A DNA stretch of 64,000 nucleotides from Alphaproteobacteria bacterium (GTDB lineage Bacteria; Pseudomonadota; Alphaproteobacteria; UBA828): the NCBI GenBank assembly GCA_965237415.1, contig CBDEFM010000002.1:2016001-2080000 (forward strand). Direction: 5' to 3'. Below, in pieces: positions 12,274-21,620 of the stretch (position 1 is its first letter; each line of letters starts with the position of its first letter). The notes beneath the pieces are model-generated. The model did not search any database, was not told where the DNA came from, and saw only the letters and a program-made list of their open reading frames with translations. A program made the translations under genes and the position numbers.

Positions 12274-13680
12274 ATGCGGCCGCTTCGGCTTGCCAGGGCG
12301 CTGCTGTGGTTTTGTGTATGGCTGTGCCTTGCCGGCGCAGCCACCATGCACGCGCAGGCGGCCGGGGACGAGCTGGACCGCGCGCTCGAGCGCGTCATCG
12401 CTTCGCGCGGGCTCGAGCCCCTGGAGGCGCCGCCGCTGGTAACGTCGCCCAAGTTCCGGCTCGGCCAGATGCTGTTCTTCGACCCCATCCTCAGCGGCAC
12501 GCGGGATGTGGCCTGCGCCACCTGCCACCTGCTGGGCCGCGGCACGTCGGATGGAGTGGCGCTTTCCGTCGGGGTCGACGCGGCCGGCCTTGCGGAGGAG
12601 CGCCGCCCGCTGGGTGCGCCGCGGGTGCATCCGCGCAACTCCATGGACCTCTGGAACCGCGGCCACCCGAGCGTGCGCAACATGTTCTGGGACGGCCGGG
12701 TGAGCGAGACCGATGCGCCGGTCAGCCGCTTCCAGACCCCGATGGGGGACTATCTGCCGGACGGGATCGAGAGCGTGCTCGCCGCCCAGGCGCTCTTCCC
12801 GCTCGCGGGCGAGGAGGAGATGCTGGGCCTCCCCAGCGACCGCTCGGCACCCAATCTCCCCGGCGATCACGGGGATCGGCCCAACGAGATCGCCTTGGCG
12901 GCGGCGGGCCTGGACGAGGACGAGCCGGCGTTGTTCGTGGCGGTCCATGACGCGCTCATGCGCCGGCTCTTAGGTCAGGCGGGCACACCGCTCGCCGACT
13001 GGCAGATCGCCTACCGCCGGCTCATCGCCGCGGCCTATCCCGAGACGCTGCTCGGCGCCGTCACCATCGGCGATCTCGCGAACGCCATCGGTCGCTTCCA
13101 GGAACTGGCCTTCGTGACGCGCGACACGCCCTGGGACCGTTACCTGGCGGGCGACAAAGGCGCGATCGACCCGGCGGCGAAGGAGGGCGCGCTCCTTTTC
13201 TACGGCAAGGCCCGTTGCGTCGCCTGCCACAGTGGCCCGCTCTTCAGCGACTTCCAGTTTCACTCCCTCGCCGTGGCCCAGATCGGCCCCGGCATCGACG
13301 AGAGCGGCGACGATCGCGGCCGCTACGAGGCGACGCGCATCCCCCGCAACCTCTATCAGTTCCGCACGCCGCCGCTCCGCAACGTCACCTTGACTGCGCC
13401 CTACTTCCACAGCGGGGCCGTGGCGAGCCTCGAGGAGGCAATCGCCCTGCACCTCGCGCCGCCCGCCCCGTCGCCCTACGAGTCCGAGGCCGAGGCGCGG
13501 CGGAGGGCGAGCTTCACGCCAATGCTCAGGCGCGGCCTCGCCCTCGGCGCGGCGGAGCGCGCGAGCCTACTCGCCTTCCTGCAGAGCCTGGAGGACGACC
13601 AGGCCGGGAGCCGAGCGCTGATCGTTCCCGACAACGTGCCGAGCGGGCTGCCCGTGCCGGCGCTCGCCGCCGGGAGCTGA
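12274..13680 (+). CDS. Periplasmic di-heme cytochrome c peroxidase/MauG-family protein
   Basis: Signal peptide, LFFDPILS, CATCH, FWDGR, CVACH, FRTPPLRNV..TAPYFHSG. Confidence 0.9.
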   Translation: MRPLRLARALLWFCVWLCLAGAATMHAQAAGDELDRALERVIASRGLEPLEAPPLVTSPKFRLGQMLFFDPILSGTRDVACATCHLLGRGTSDGVALSVGVDAAGLAEERRPLGAPRVHPRNSMDLWNRGHPSVRNMFWDGRVSETDAPVSRFQTPMGDYLPDGIESVLAAQALFPLAGEEEMLGLPSDRSAPNLPGDHGDRPNEIALAAAGLDEDEPALFVAVHDALMRRLLGQAGTPLADWQIAYRRLIAAAYPETLLGAVTIGDLANAIGRFQELAFVTRDTPWDRYLAGDKGAIDPAAKEGALLFYGKARCVACHSGPLFSDFQFHSLAVAQIGPGIDESGDDRGRYEATRIPRNLYQFRTPPLRNVTLTAPYFHSGAVASLEEAIALHLAPPAPSPYESEAEARRRASFTPMLRRGLALGAAERASLLAFLQSLEDDQAGSRALIVPDNVPSGLPVPALAAGS

Positions 13681-13794
13681 GCGCCGTGCCAGCCTCGACA
13701 TCCGACCCTATCAGAAAGTGCTATCCTTCCCGGGGGCGGATCGATACCGTCGCCACCGGCGTTGAGCGGAACGGGCTGATATTGAGGGAATCGC

Positions 13795-14580
13795 GTGTTC
13801 ACCAGTAATCCCTTCGCCGCACTTTCGACGACCATACCGACCGCCGCGATACAGACATACGTCATCGTCATGATTGGCTTGGTCGTGGCGGGCACCCTGT
13901 TCGACATCTGGCATAAGAGGAGCGCCACCTATTTCTTCGACAGCTGGCGGACCTCAAGGGACAAGGGGACGCGGCACGTCGGCGGCGGGAAAATGGCGAC
14001 GCTCGCGATCCGGACCGCGTTGGCGGAGGGCCTGACGTCCGCTGAATTCGGCTACGGGCGCCGCCGGGTTGCCCACCTGCTGACGATGTACGGTTTCCTG
14101 TTATACGTCGTGACCACCGTCATCATGGTGTTCTGCTACCCGGCGCCCGCCACGCCGACGCCCGCCGTCCTGCCCCAGCTGTGGATCGCCGGGGCCTTGC
14201 TGGTCTGCGTCGGCGGTTACTGGTTCTGGTTCTTCATTCGGGTCGACGTGGCAGCCGAGGGCCATACGCCGTTCCGCGTAATGCGCGCCGACCTGTTCAT
14301 CCTCTCGCTTCTCGCCAGCGTGACGCTGGGACTGATCTGGGCCGGCCTGCAGTCGATGGAGAGCGCGGGGACGAACGTGCTCCTGGGCCTCTACCTCATC
14401 GCCACGACGGTGCTGTTCGGATCCGTTCCGTGGTCCAAGTTCTCGCACATGTTCTTCAAGCCCGCGGCGGCCTTCGAGAAGCGGGTGTCCGAGGCGACGG
14501 GTTCGAGGAGCAACCTGCCGGCCCCCGCCGACAAACCCGAAACGTTCGGCAGCGCCCGCGAAAGGCCCCGCCACTACTGA
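13795..14580 (+). CDS. aprM: APS reductase membrane anchor
   Basis: About five hydrophobic helices, RRVAHLLTMYGF, GGYWFWFFIRVDV, WSKFSHMFFKP; directly upstream of aprB. Confidence 0.88.
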   Translation: MFTSNPFAALSTTIPTAAIQTYVIVMIGLVVAGTLFDIWHKRSATYFFDSWRTSRDKGTRHVGGGKMATLAIRTALAEGLTSAEFGYGRRRVAHLLTMYGFLLYVVTTVIMVFCYPAPATPTPAVLPQLWIAGALLVCVGGYWFWFFIRVDVAAEGHTPFRVMRADLFILSLLASVTLGLIWAGLQSMESAGTNVLLGLYLIATTVLFGSVPWSKFSHMFFKPAAAFEKRVSEATGSRSNLPAPADKPETFGSARERPRHY

Positions 14581-14623
14581 TCGCCTCATCGTCGATCTTC
14601 CATAGAGGAGATAACGGAACCAC

Positions 14624-15085
14624 ATGCCGACATTCGTTTATATGACCCGGTGCGACGGCTGCGGATACTGCGTCGATATCTGTCCGTCCGACATCATGCA
14701 CATCGATAAGACCAATCGGCGCGCCTACAACATCGAGCCCAACATGTGCTGGGAGTGCTATGCCTGCGTGAAGGCCTGTCCGCAGAATGCCATCGACTGC
14801 CGCGGCTACGCCGACTTCGCACCCATGGGTCACAGCGTTCGAGTGCTGAGGGAAGAGGCGAAGGGCACCATCTCCTGGAAGATCAAGTTCCGGGACGGCA
14901 GGGAAAAGGATTTCGTTTCCCCGATCCGGACCACGCCTTGGGGATCGATCAAATCGCCGGCCGACTACGAGGCACCCGCCGCGCAAGCGATGAAATCCCA
15001 GGAACTCGCGCACGAACCGGATGCGCTCCACATCGAGGCGTTGCCCGCGTTGACGCCGGATCGATTCAAGGTGGGAGCCCTCTAG
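14624..15085 (+). CDS. aprB: Adenylylsulfate reductase beta subunit
   Basis: MPTFVYMTRCDGCGYCVDICPSDIM and CWECYACVKACP [4Fe-4S] motifs; SPIRTTPWGSI. Confidence 0.96.
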   Translation: MPTFVYMTRCDGCGYCVDICPSDIMHIDKTNRRAYNIEPNMCWECYACVKACPQNAIDCRGYADFAPMGHSVRVLREEAKGTISWKIKFRDGREKDFVSPIRTTPWGSIKSPADYEAPAAQAMKSQELAHEPDALHIEALPALTPDRFKVGAL

Positions 15086-16929
15086 TGGGTTTGTTCTCGC
15101 GCCGGAAAACGGTTTTCGTGGACGCGGATGTCCTGGTCGTCGGCGGTGGCATGGCCGGCTGCGGGGCGACCTACGAAGCCGGGTACTGGGGACGCGACCT
15201 GAAAGTGGTCTGCGTCGAGAAGGCGAACATCGAGCGCAGCGGCGCCGTGGCCCAGGGCCTCTATGCGATCAACTGCTACATGGGCATGCAGTGGAACGAG
15301 AACCAGCCCGAGGACCATGTCCGCTACGCCCGGAACGACCTCATGGGTCTGGTGCGGGAGGACCTGGGCTACGACATCGCACGCCACGTCGACTCCACGG
15401 TGCACAAGTTCGAGGAGTGGGGCCTTCCTATGATGAAGGACCCGGAAACCGGGCGCTATCAGCGCGAAGGCAAGTGGCAGATCATGATCCACGGCGAGAG
15501 CTACAAGCCGATCGTCGCCGAGGCCGCCCGCAAGGCCGCCACCGAAGTCTACAACCGGATCATGGTGACCCACCTGCTGATGGACCGGACGAAGCCCAAC
15601 CGCGTCGCAGGCGCCGTCGGGTTCAACGTCCGTAGCGGGGATTTCCACGTCTTCCGCGCAAAGGCCGTCATCGTGTCCGCCGGCGGCGCGTCGCACATCT
15701 TCAAGCCCCGTGCGGTGGGCGAAGGCATGGGGCGAACCTGGTATGCCCCCTGGAGCAGCGCGTCGGCCTATGCGCTGCCGATCCTCGTCGGCGCCAAGAT
15801 GACCCAGATGGAGAACCGGATCGTCCTCACCCGCTTCAAGGACGGCTATGGTCCCGTCGGCGCCTATTTCCTCCATCTCAAGACGTACACCGAGAACGCC
15901 TATGGGGAGGAGTACGAGTCCAAATGGTACGACCAGACCAAGGCGCTGGTCGGGGACTACGTCGACCGGCATCCGGTGCCTACCTGCCTGCGTAACCACG
16001 CCCTCCTGGAGGAGGTCAAGGCCGGCCGGGGGCCCATCCGCATGGTGACGAAGGAGGCCTTCGCCGATCCCCACAAGGAGCAGGTCGGCTGGGAGAATTT
16101 TTTGGGCATGACGATCGGACAGGCGGTCGTCTGGGCGTCTCAAAACATCGATCCCAAGCACACCAATCCGGAGCTGACCACGTCCGAACCCTACGTCATG
16201 GGGTCGCATGCCACGTGCTCGGGCGCCTGGGCGAGCGGTCCGGAAGACTGCGCGCCGGCGGACTACCAGTGGGGATACAACCGGATGATGTCGGTGGACG
16301 GGCTATTCGGCGCCGGCGACACCATCGGCGGCTCCGCCCACAAGTTCTCGTCGGGGTCCTTCACGGAAGGCCGGATCGCCGGAAAGGCGGCGGTCAACTA
16401 CGTCAACGACCTGAAGAGCGAGCAGCCTCAGGTAAGCGAGAAAGAGTACGACGATCTCAAGAAGGTCATCTTCCAGCCCCTGGAGACCTACCGGGTCGGC
16501 CGCAACGAGATCGTCGCGGGAACGGTCTCGCCGAGCTATATGCTGCCGCTTCACGGTCTCCAGCGTCTCGAGAAGATCATGGACGAATATGTCGGCGGTA
16601 TCGGCGCCCATTACACGACGAACGAACCCATGCTCACCCGCGGGCTGGAGCTGCTGGCCATGCTGAAGGAAGACCTCGACTATCTCGGGGCCGAAGACCT
16701 TCACCAGCTTCAGCGGGCGTGGGAGCTGCACCACCGGGTCCTGGCCTCGGAGGCCGTGACGCATCACACGATGTTCAGGACGGAGACGCGGTGGCCGGGA
16801 TACTACTATCGGGCCGATCATCCGACACTGGATGACGCCGATTGGCATTGCTTCACCTTGTCTCGCTACGATCGTGACTCCGGGGAATGGGCTATGGAGA
16901 AGGCCCCCGTCTACCACATCGTCGATTAG
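15085..16929 (+). CDS. aprA: Adenylylsulfate reductase alpha subunit (flavoprotein)
   Basis: GGGMAGCG, RSGAVAQGL.AIN, WQIMIHGESYK, RFKDGYGPVGA, HKFSSGS, ETRWPGYYYR; GTG 15085 overlaps aprB TAG. Confidence 0.96.
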   Translation: MGLFSRRKTVFVDADVLVVGGGMAGCGATYEAGYWGRDLKVVCVEKANIERSGAVAQGLYAINCYMGMQWNENQPEDHVRYARNDLMGLVREDLGYDIARHVDSTVHKFEEWGLPMMKDPETGRYQREGKWQIMIHGESYKPIVAEAARKAATEVYNRIMVTHLLMDRTKPNRVAGAVGFNVRSGDFHVFRAKAVIVSAGGASHIFKPRAVGEGMGRTWYAPWSSASAYALPILVGAKMTQMENRIVLTRFKDGYGPVGAYFLHLKTYTENAYGEEYESKWYDQTKALVGDYVDRHPVPTCLRNHALLEEVKAGRGPIRMVTKEAFADPHKEQVGWENFLGMTIGQAVVWASQNIDPKHTNPELTTSEPYVMGSHATCSGAWASGPEDCAPADYQWGYNRMMSVDGLFGAGDTIGGSAHKFSSGSFTEGRIAGKAAVNYVNDLKSEQPQVSEKEYDDLKKVIFQPLETYRVGRNEIVAGTVSPSYMLPLHGLQRLEKIMDEYVGGIGAHYTTNEPMLTRGLELLAMLKEDLDYLGAEDLHQLQRAWELHHRVLASEAVTHHTMFRTETRWPGYYYRADHPTLDDADWHCFTLSRYDRDSGEWAMEKAPVYHIVD

Positions 16930-16988
16930 CCCGGATTTCTCGCCAGGGTCACGGCCTGCGCGACGCTGTCCAGCGACGGTGACGCCCC

Positions 16989-18248
16989 ATGTCGACGTTG
17001 ATCGCCCCGCACGGCAACGCCACCCTGAGGCCCCTGCTGCTGCCCGAAGAGGAGCGGGACGAGGCGCTGAAGAGGGCGCGCACCCTGAGAAAGCTGCCGC
17101 TCTCGAGCCGCGAGGTCTCGGACCTCTTCATGCTCGCCATGGGCGCCTACACGCCGCTTGCGGGCTTCATGGGCGCGGCCGACTGGCGCGGCGCGTGCCG
17201 CGAGATGCGCCTGGAGAACGGGCTTTTTTGGCCCCTCCCCGTCACCCTCTCCTGCGGCGAGGACTTCGCCGCCGTCGTCGGCGACGAGGTGGCGTTGACG
17301 GGCGAAGGCGGGGAGATCCTGGGTGTCCTCGCGGTCAGCGAGACATACGCCATCGACAAGGACCTCGAATACCGTGAGGTCTACCGCACCGCCGACGAGG
17401 CCCACCCGGGTGTCGCCAAGGTCATGGCGCAGGGCTCCGTCAACCTGGCGGGCCCGGTCTCGGTCCTCTCCGAGGGCCACTTTCCCGAGACCTACCAGGG
17501 GCTTTACCTGCGCCCCGCCGAAACCCGGGCGCTGTTCGCCAAGAAGGGCTGGTCCACGGTCGCCGCCTTCCAGACCCGCAACCCCATGCACCGCAGTCAC
17601 GAGTTTCTCGCCAAGGTCGCCATCGAGGTGTGCGACGGGGTGCTCATTCACCAGGTCCTGGGCGCGCTCAAGCAAGGCGACATCCCGGCCGATGTCCGGG
17701 TCCGCGCCATCGACTGGCTGGTCGCCAACCACTTCGCGGAAGGACGGGTGATCCAGGCCGGCTACCCCATCGAGATGCGCTATGCCGGCCCGCGGGAGGC
17801 GCTGTTGCACGCCCTCTTCCGCCAGAATTTTGGGTGCTCGCACCTGGTGGTGGGGCGCGACCATGCCGGGCTCGGCGACTACTACGGGCCCTACGACGCC
17901 CACCGCATATTCGACGAGATCGGCGCCGACAGCCTTGCCATCCGGCCGCTCAAGATCGACGACACGTTCTATTGCTTCGACTGCCGGGGCATGGCGACGG
18001 GGAACGTGTGCTTCGCCGCCGACGGCGGGAAGGGGCGGCCCGGCGAGGAGGAGCGCTATCGCATGGTGGCAGCGGTGGCGACGGGCAGCGCCGAGGGCCG
18101 GCCCTGCCGCCACGACGACGATGGGAAGCTCCGCATCTCGGGCACCCGGCTGCGCGAGATGTTCGCGGGCGGCGAGGCGATCCCGCCCGAATTCAGCCGC
18201 GATGGCGTGCTCGCCATCCTCCAGGCCTATTACGACGGCACCCCGTGA
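16989..18248 (+). CDS. sat: Sulfate adenylyltransferase (ATP sulfurylase) with a C-terminal insertion
   Basis: FQTRNPMHRSHE, MRYAGPREA..HA, VGRDHAG, ISGT.LR, PPEFSR. Confidence 0.95.
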   Translation: MSTLIAPHGNATLRPLLLPEEERDEALKRARTLRKLPLSSREVSDLFMLAMGAYTPLAGFMGAADWRGACREMRLENGLFWPLPVTLSCGEDFAAVVGDEVALTGEGGEILGVLAVSETYAIDKDLEYREVYRTADEAHPGVAKVMAQGSVNLAGPVSVLSEGHFPETYQGLYLRPAETRALFAKKGWSTVAAFQTRNPMHRSHEFLAKVAIEVCDGVLIHQVLGALKQGDIPADVRVRAIDWLVANHFAEGRVIQAGYPIEMRYAGPREALLHALFRQNFGCSHLVVGRDHAGLGDYYGPYDAHRIFDEIGADSLAIRPLKIDDTFYCFDCRGMATGNVCFAADGGKGRPGEEERYRMVAAVATGSAEGRPCRHDDDGKLRISGTRLREMFAGGEAIPPEFSRDGVLAILQAYYDGTP

Positions 18249-18323
18249 CGCTCTATTATGAATGGCGATGAAAACGGGTACGCGCGCGGCTGACACGCGC
18301 TGCGGGGCAAGCGGAGGAACATC

Positions 18324-19232
18324 ATGGCGGATACATCTTCAGGCGGGCGCGATCTCGTGGGTTACGGCGCCAACCCACCGGCAGTCCCCTGGCCTAATGG
18401 GGCGCGCTTGGCCGTCTCGGTGGTCGTCAACTACGAGGAAGGCTCGGAATACTCGCAGGCCATGGGCGATGCGACCCAAGAGGGACTGACCGAGTTCGGC
18501 AACTATCCGTTGCCCGAGGGCTACCGCAACCTCGCCATGGAATCGATGTTCGAGTACGGCTCCCGCGCCGGCGTCTGGCGCATCCTGCGGCTGTTCGACG
18601 AGACCGGGATCAGGTCCACCTTCTACGCCTGCGCCGTGGCGTTCGAGCAGAACCCGGAGGTCGCCCGTGCGGTCGTCGCCGGCGGGCACGAGGTGTGCAG
18701 CCACGGCTACCGCTGGGAGGAGGTGTTCCGCCTCTCGCGGGAGGAAGAGCGCGAGCACATCCGGCTTGCGGTCGAATCCTTCGAGCGCACCTGCGGCAAG
18801 CGGCCGGTGGGCTGGTACTGCCGCTTCGGCCCCTCGGTCCACACCCGCGAGCTGGTCGTGGAGGAAGGCGGCTTCCTCTACGATTCGGACGCCTACAACG
18901 ACGACCTGCCCTACTTCGTGGAGGTCTCTGGCAAGCGCCACCTAATCGTGCCCTACACGCCCGATGCCAACGACTTCTGCTTCTGGACGGCGCCAGGCTT
19001 CATCACCGCCGATCACTTCCACCAGTATCTCAGGGACAGCTTCGATACGCTCTACGCGGAATCGGCGACCACGCCGAAGATGATGTCCATCGGGCTGCAC
19101 GCCCGCATGATCGGCCGCCCCGGCCGGATAGCGGGGCTCGCCCGCTTCATCGAGCACGCCCAAGCGCACGAGGGCGTCTGGTTCGCAACCCGCGAAGAAA
19201 TCGCCCGCCACTGGCTCGCGGTAGCGGGATAA
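18324..19232 (+). CDS. Polysaccharide deacetylase-family protein, PuuE (allantoinase)-like
   Basis: RDLVGYG..PP..WP, VNYEEG, ESMFEYGSRAG.WR, SHGYRW, DSDAYNDDLPY, MMSIGLH.R.IGRPGR. Confidence 0.85.
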   Translation: MADTSSGGRDLVGYGANPPAVPWPNGARLAVSVVVNYEEGSEYSQAMGDATQEGLTEFGNYPLPEGYRNLAMESMFEYGSRAGVWRILRLFDETGIRSTFYACAVAFEQNPEVARAVVAGGHEVCSHGYRWEEVFRLSREEEREHIRLAVESFERTCGKRPVGWYCRFGPSVHTRELVVEEGGFLYDSDAYNDDLPYFVEVSGKRHLIVPYTPDANDFCFWTAPGFITADHFHQYLRDSFDTLYAESATTPKMMSIGLHARMIGRPGRIAGLARFIEHAQAHEGVWFATREEIARHWLAVAG

Positions 19233-19243
19233 GGGGGTCAGGC

Positions 19244-19264
19244 GGTAGTGACTCAGTTTGAAAT
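19244..19264 (-). mobile_element. Single IS1-family-like terminal inverted repeat (orphan end)
   Basis: GGTAGTGACTCAGTTTGAAAT (minus: ATTTCAAACTGAGTCACTACC) resembles IS1-type GGTAnTG ends and marks the start of the low-GC island; partner end not found. Confidence 0.5.
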
Positions 19265-19537
19265 CCATATGCCGGAACGGCATCCGGCGCGAGGCCAGCC
19301 CAGGATTGGGTTGACAAGGCCGTCACGATGAGGATGCTGCGCGCCTTCGCCGAGCGCACAATGGCGTGAGGCTGCTTGAGCGCGCTGAAGAGGCGGAATA
19401 CCATTACCATGTACGACATAGGAGGTGAGGGGCTGCAACCCCACGCCTCGGGATCAGAGACAGGGCAAGGAAGGGAGTATGCACATGGCCATCATCGATG
19501 GGAGCGGATGACTGCCCAGCACGGAACGACACTAGTC

Positions 19538-19767
19538 GTGCCGAAAGGGCAAAGAGGTGAGCGGCGCTCGGGCGACGTGATCGGGTGTGCCGTGAATGTC
19601 GCTAAGGTTGCTACCGGCGAAGTCGAAGACACACGCTACGTTCAGCCTAACAAGGTGCGAGCCGGCCGGGCCGGCGCGCGCGCGCATGCGCATCGTCAAC
19701 TACGCCAGATGAGCGCAGCGCGATCTCGCGCGCCCCGTCGGCAGCACGCTGGGGAGACGCGAAATGA
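19538..19767 (+). pseudogene. Frameshifted small basic protein of the kind found in IS1-like elements
   Basis: GTG-PKGQRGERRSGDVIGCAVNVAKVATGEVED...KVRAGRAGARA continues in another frame as ASSTTPDERSAISRAPSAARWGDAK*, whose TGA overlaps the next ATG (ATGA); shift near 19680-19690. Confidence 0.65.
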
Positions 19768-20090
19768 GAGGCACGCAGGACGCGACAAACGGGGACGCGC
19801 AAAAGCTGCGCGTTGTCGTGTTCCAGGAAGATGGCTACTGGCTGGCACAATGCATCGAGCATGACATAGGCGCGCAAGGGAAGACCTTTCGTGACATGGC
19901 CATGCACTTTGCGTTGACAGCGGCCCTCGATCTTGAAGAGAGCGTGAATCGGCATGGGGAGCCCTTTGCGGGCATCGATCCTGCTCCCGCCTATTTCGAG
20001 AAGATGTGGGAGCAGCGCGCAAGCACACTCGAACCGATCCTAGAGACTGAGGCGGCGTCGCCTGATTATGAAATGGCTCTCGTGGCCTAG
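19764..20090 (+). CDS. Hypothetical protein, HicB-like (partial RNase H fold) candidate antitoxin
   Basis: LRVVVFQEDGYWLAQCIEHDIGAQGKT pattern resembles the HicB N-terminal beta-beta-beta-alpha signature; acidic tail. Confidence 0.55.
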   Translation: MRGTQDATNGDAQKLRVVVFQEDGYWLAQCIEHDIGAQGKTFRDMAMHFALTAALDLEESVNRHGEPFAGIDPAPAYFEKMWEQRASTLEPILETEAASPDYEMALVA

Positions 20091-20162
20091 GGGACGAGGG
20101 CATGGCTTTTCCATTCGTGATTATCCCCTTGACATAAGAACGCCGCCGAGCATACTTACTGA

Positions 20163-20705
20163 ATGGGAAAATGGATCAGGCCTGTCATCGGTTTGGTTGG
20201 GCTTATTGAAGCCCTTGGGGCAGGTTACGAGTATGTACGGCTTATCGCCACGGGCGGTGTGTCGATGATCGGGTCTACTATCACAATCGGACCGGCTGTT
20301 TGGTTTGCTTTGGCTGGCGGAGGTATAGCGATCGTGTCTTGGGCCAGTTGGCACACTATAAGGTGGGCGATGAAATGGGCTACAGACTTATTCTCACCAA
20401 GTCGACAACTTGCCAATTTGCATAATGAAATCGAAAACGAGCTTAAGGCGTCTACAGGAATGCACAGAGGCGCCCCTTCTAGGATTGCTCAATCAAGAGC
20501 AGTGCGTGAAGCCTTAGCGTTCAAACTCTATGCGCTCAACATACCGGCGCCTCAGCCAGCTACAACAGACAATAATTGGTGCCGCTATTTGTCCTTGCTG
20601 TTAGGCTTTGCCAAAACTGGCAGAATCGAAGCAGCAAGACGGATAGGAGTTAGGGGGCAGAAGTGGTCACTTAATAACGACCAGGAAACAACCAATGATA
20701 ACTGA
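20163..20705 (+). CDS. IS passenger gene: hypothetical protein with N-terminal transmembrane segments
   Basis: 180-aa ORF in AT-rich DNA inside the IS; two hydrophobic stretches in the first 65 aa; no recognisable motif. Confidence 0.6.
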   Translation: MGKWIRPVIGLVGLIEALGAGYEYVRLIATGGVSMIGSTITIGPAVWFALAGGGIAIVSWASWHTIRWAMKWATDLFSPSRQLANLHNEIENELKASTGMHRGAPSRIAQSRAVREALAFKLYALNIPAPQPATTDNNWCRYLSLLLGFAKTGRIEAARRIGVRGQKWSLNNDQETTNDN

Positions 20706-20913
20706 CAGTACAAAACGCTTCGACGCCCTACTCCGTGCGATGGTGATTAAAGGTTCGCCACCAGATCGCCGAAAATCGCGGCGGGTCGCTTCCGCCGGTT
20801 GTAGCGATACTCAAACTCCTTCACGTACTTTGACAGGTGCTTCCCCGAAACGTGAACGTGAGTCCCACGAATCGACAACTTCAGACGCGCCCAAAAGCCC
20901 TCAAGGCCGTTGA
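20695..20913 (+). CDS. Small hypothetical ORF antisense to the transposase 3' end
   Basis: 72-aa ORF (TKRFDALLRAM...) with AGGA upstream, overlapping the passenger stop; mostly overlaps tnp on the opposite strand. Confidence 0.35.
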   Translation: MITDSTKRFDALLRAMVIKGSPPDRRKSRRVASAGCSDTQTPSRTLTGASPKRERESHESTTSDAPKSPQGR

Positions 20914-21601
20914 CGTGACTATCGCCACTCACGTACTCACCCAGCCCATGATTGACCGTCTCATGCCTGTAGCCGGCCCGGTCGAGACCGCTGTAGGAAC
21001 CAAGCTCGTCGGTGTGGACGATGCTGCCCGGCTCGACATTCTCTTCGATGATGGGATGCAGTGTCCGCTTGCGGACGTTGGGAACGACGTTCGCCATAAT
21101 GTCGCCGCCGCGCTCCAACATCCCGAAGACGATGGTTTTGTTCGGGGCGCCGCGTCCACGCTTGCCGCCGGAGCGCTTACCACCGACATAGGTTTCGTCG
21201 GCTTCAACGGCGCCGCCCAGCGGGGTCTCGCCATCTACTTTGGCCATGAACTTGCGAATTTCGTGCGCCATACGCCACGCGCACTTGTAAGTAACGCCAA
21301 GCTCCCGCTGAAGTTCTTTGGCGGGCACGCCGTGTCGAGAATTGGCGAACAGATGCATGGCGTAGAACCACTTGTGAAGCGGCGTCCGCGAGCGCTCCAT
21401 AGGCGTGCCAACGGTAGGATGCAGATGGTGCCCGCAGTGCTGGCATACATACCCGCGCTCCTTGGTCATGCGGTAGAACTTCCCGTACTCGTCGCACTTC
21501 GGGCAATCAAGCTCGGTGCCGCCGTAGCGCTCGACCATGATGCGCCGTAGGCACGCTTCGTCGTCCGGGAACTGACGTTGGAACTCGTAGAATGTTGTCA
21601 T
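20747..21601 (-). CDS. IS1595-family DDE transposase
   Basis: FPDDEAC, zinc ribbon CPKC...CQHC, HTH (ELQRELGVTYKCAWRM), EADETY, HTDE, VNH...HVNGLEGFW, YVKEFEYRYN; AGGAGG RBS. Confidence 0.95.
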   Translation of the reverse strand: MTTFYEFQRQFPDDEACLRRIMVERYGGTELDCPKCDEYGKFYRMTKERGYVCQHCGHHLHPTVGTPMERSRTPLHKWFYAMHLFANSRHGVPAKELQRELGVTYKCAWRMAHEIRKFMAKVDGETPLGGAVEADETYVGGKRSGGKRGRGAPNKTIVFGMLERGGDIMANVVPNVRKRTLHPIIEENVEPGSIVHTDELGSYSGLDRAGYRHETVNHGLGEYVSGDSHVNGLEGFWARLKLSIRGTHVHVSGKHLSKYVKEFEYRYNRRKRPAAIFGDLVANL

Positions 21602-21620
21602 GGCGACCTCCTATGCTCTG

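Noticed and set aside
19376-19864. 162-aa ORF as a real gene
   Set aside because: Better explained as the 5' half of the frameshifted small basic gene plus read-through on either side.
20837-21550. 237-aa plus-strand ORF inside the IS
   Set aside because: Fully antisense to the transposase with no recognisable features.
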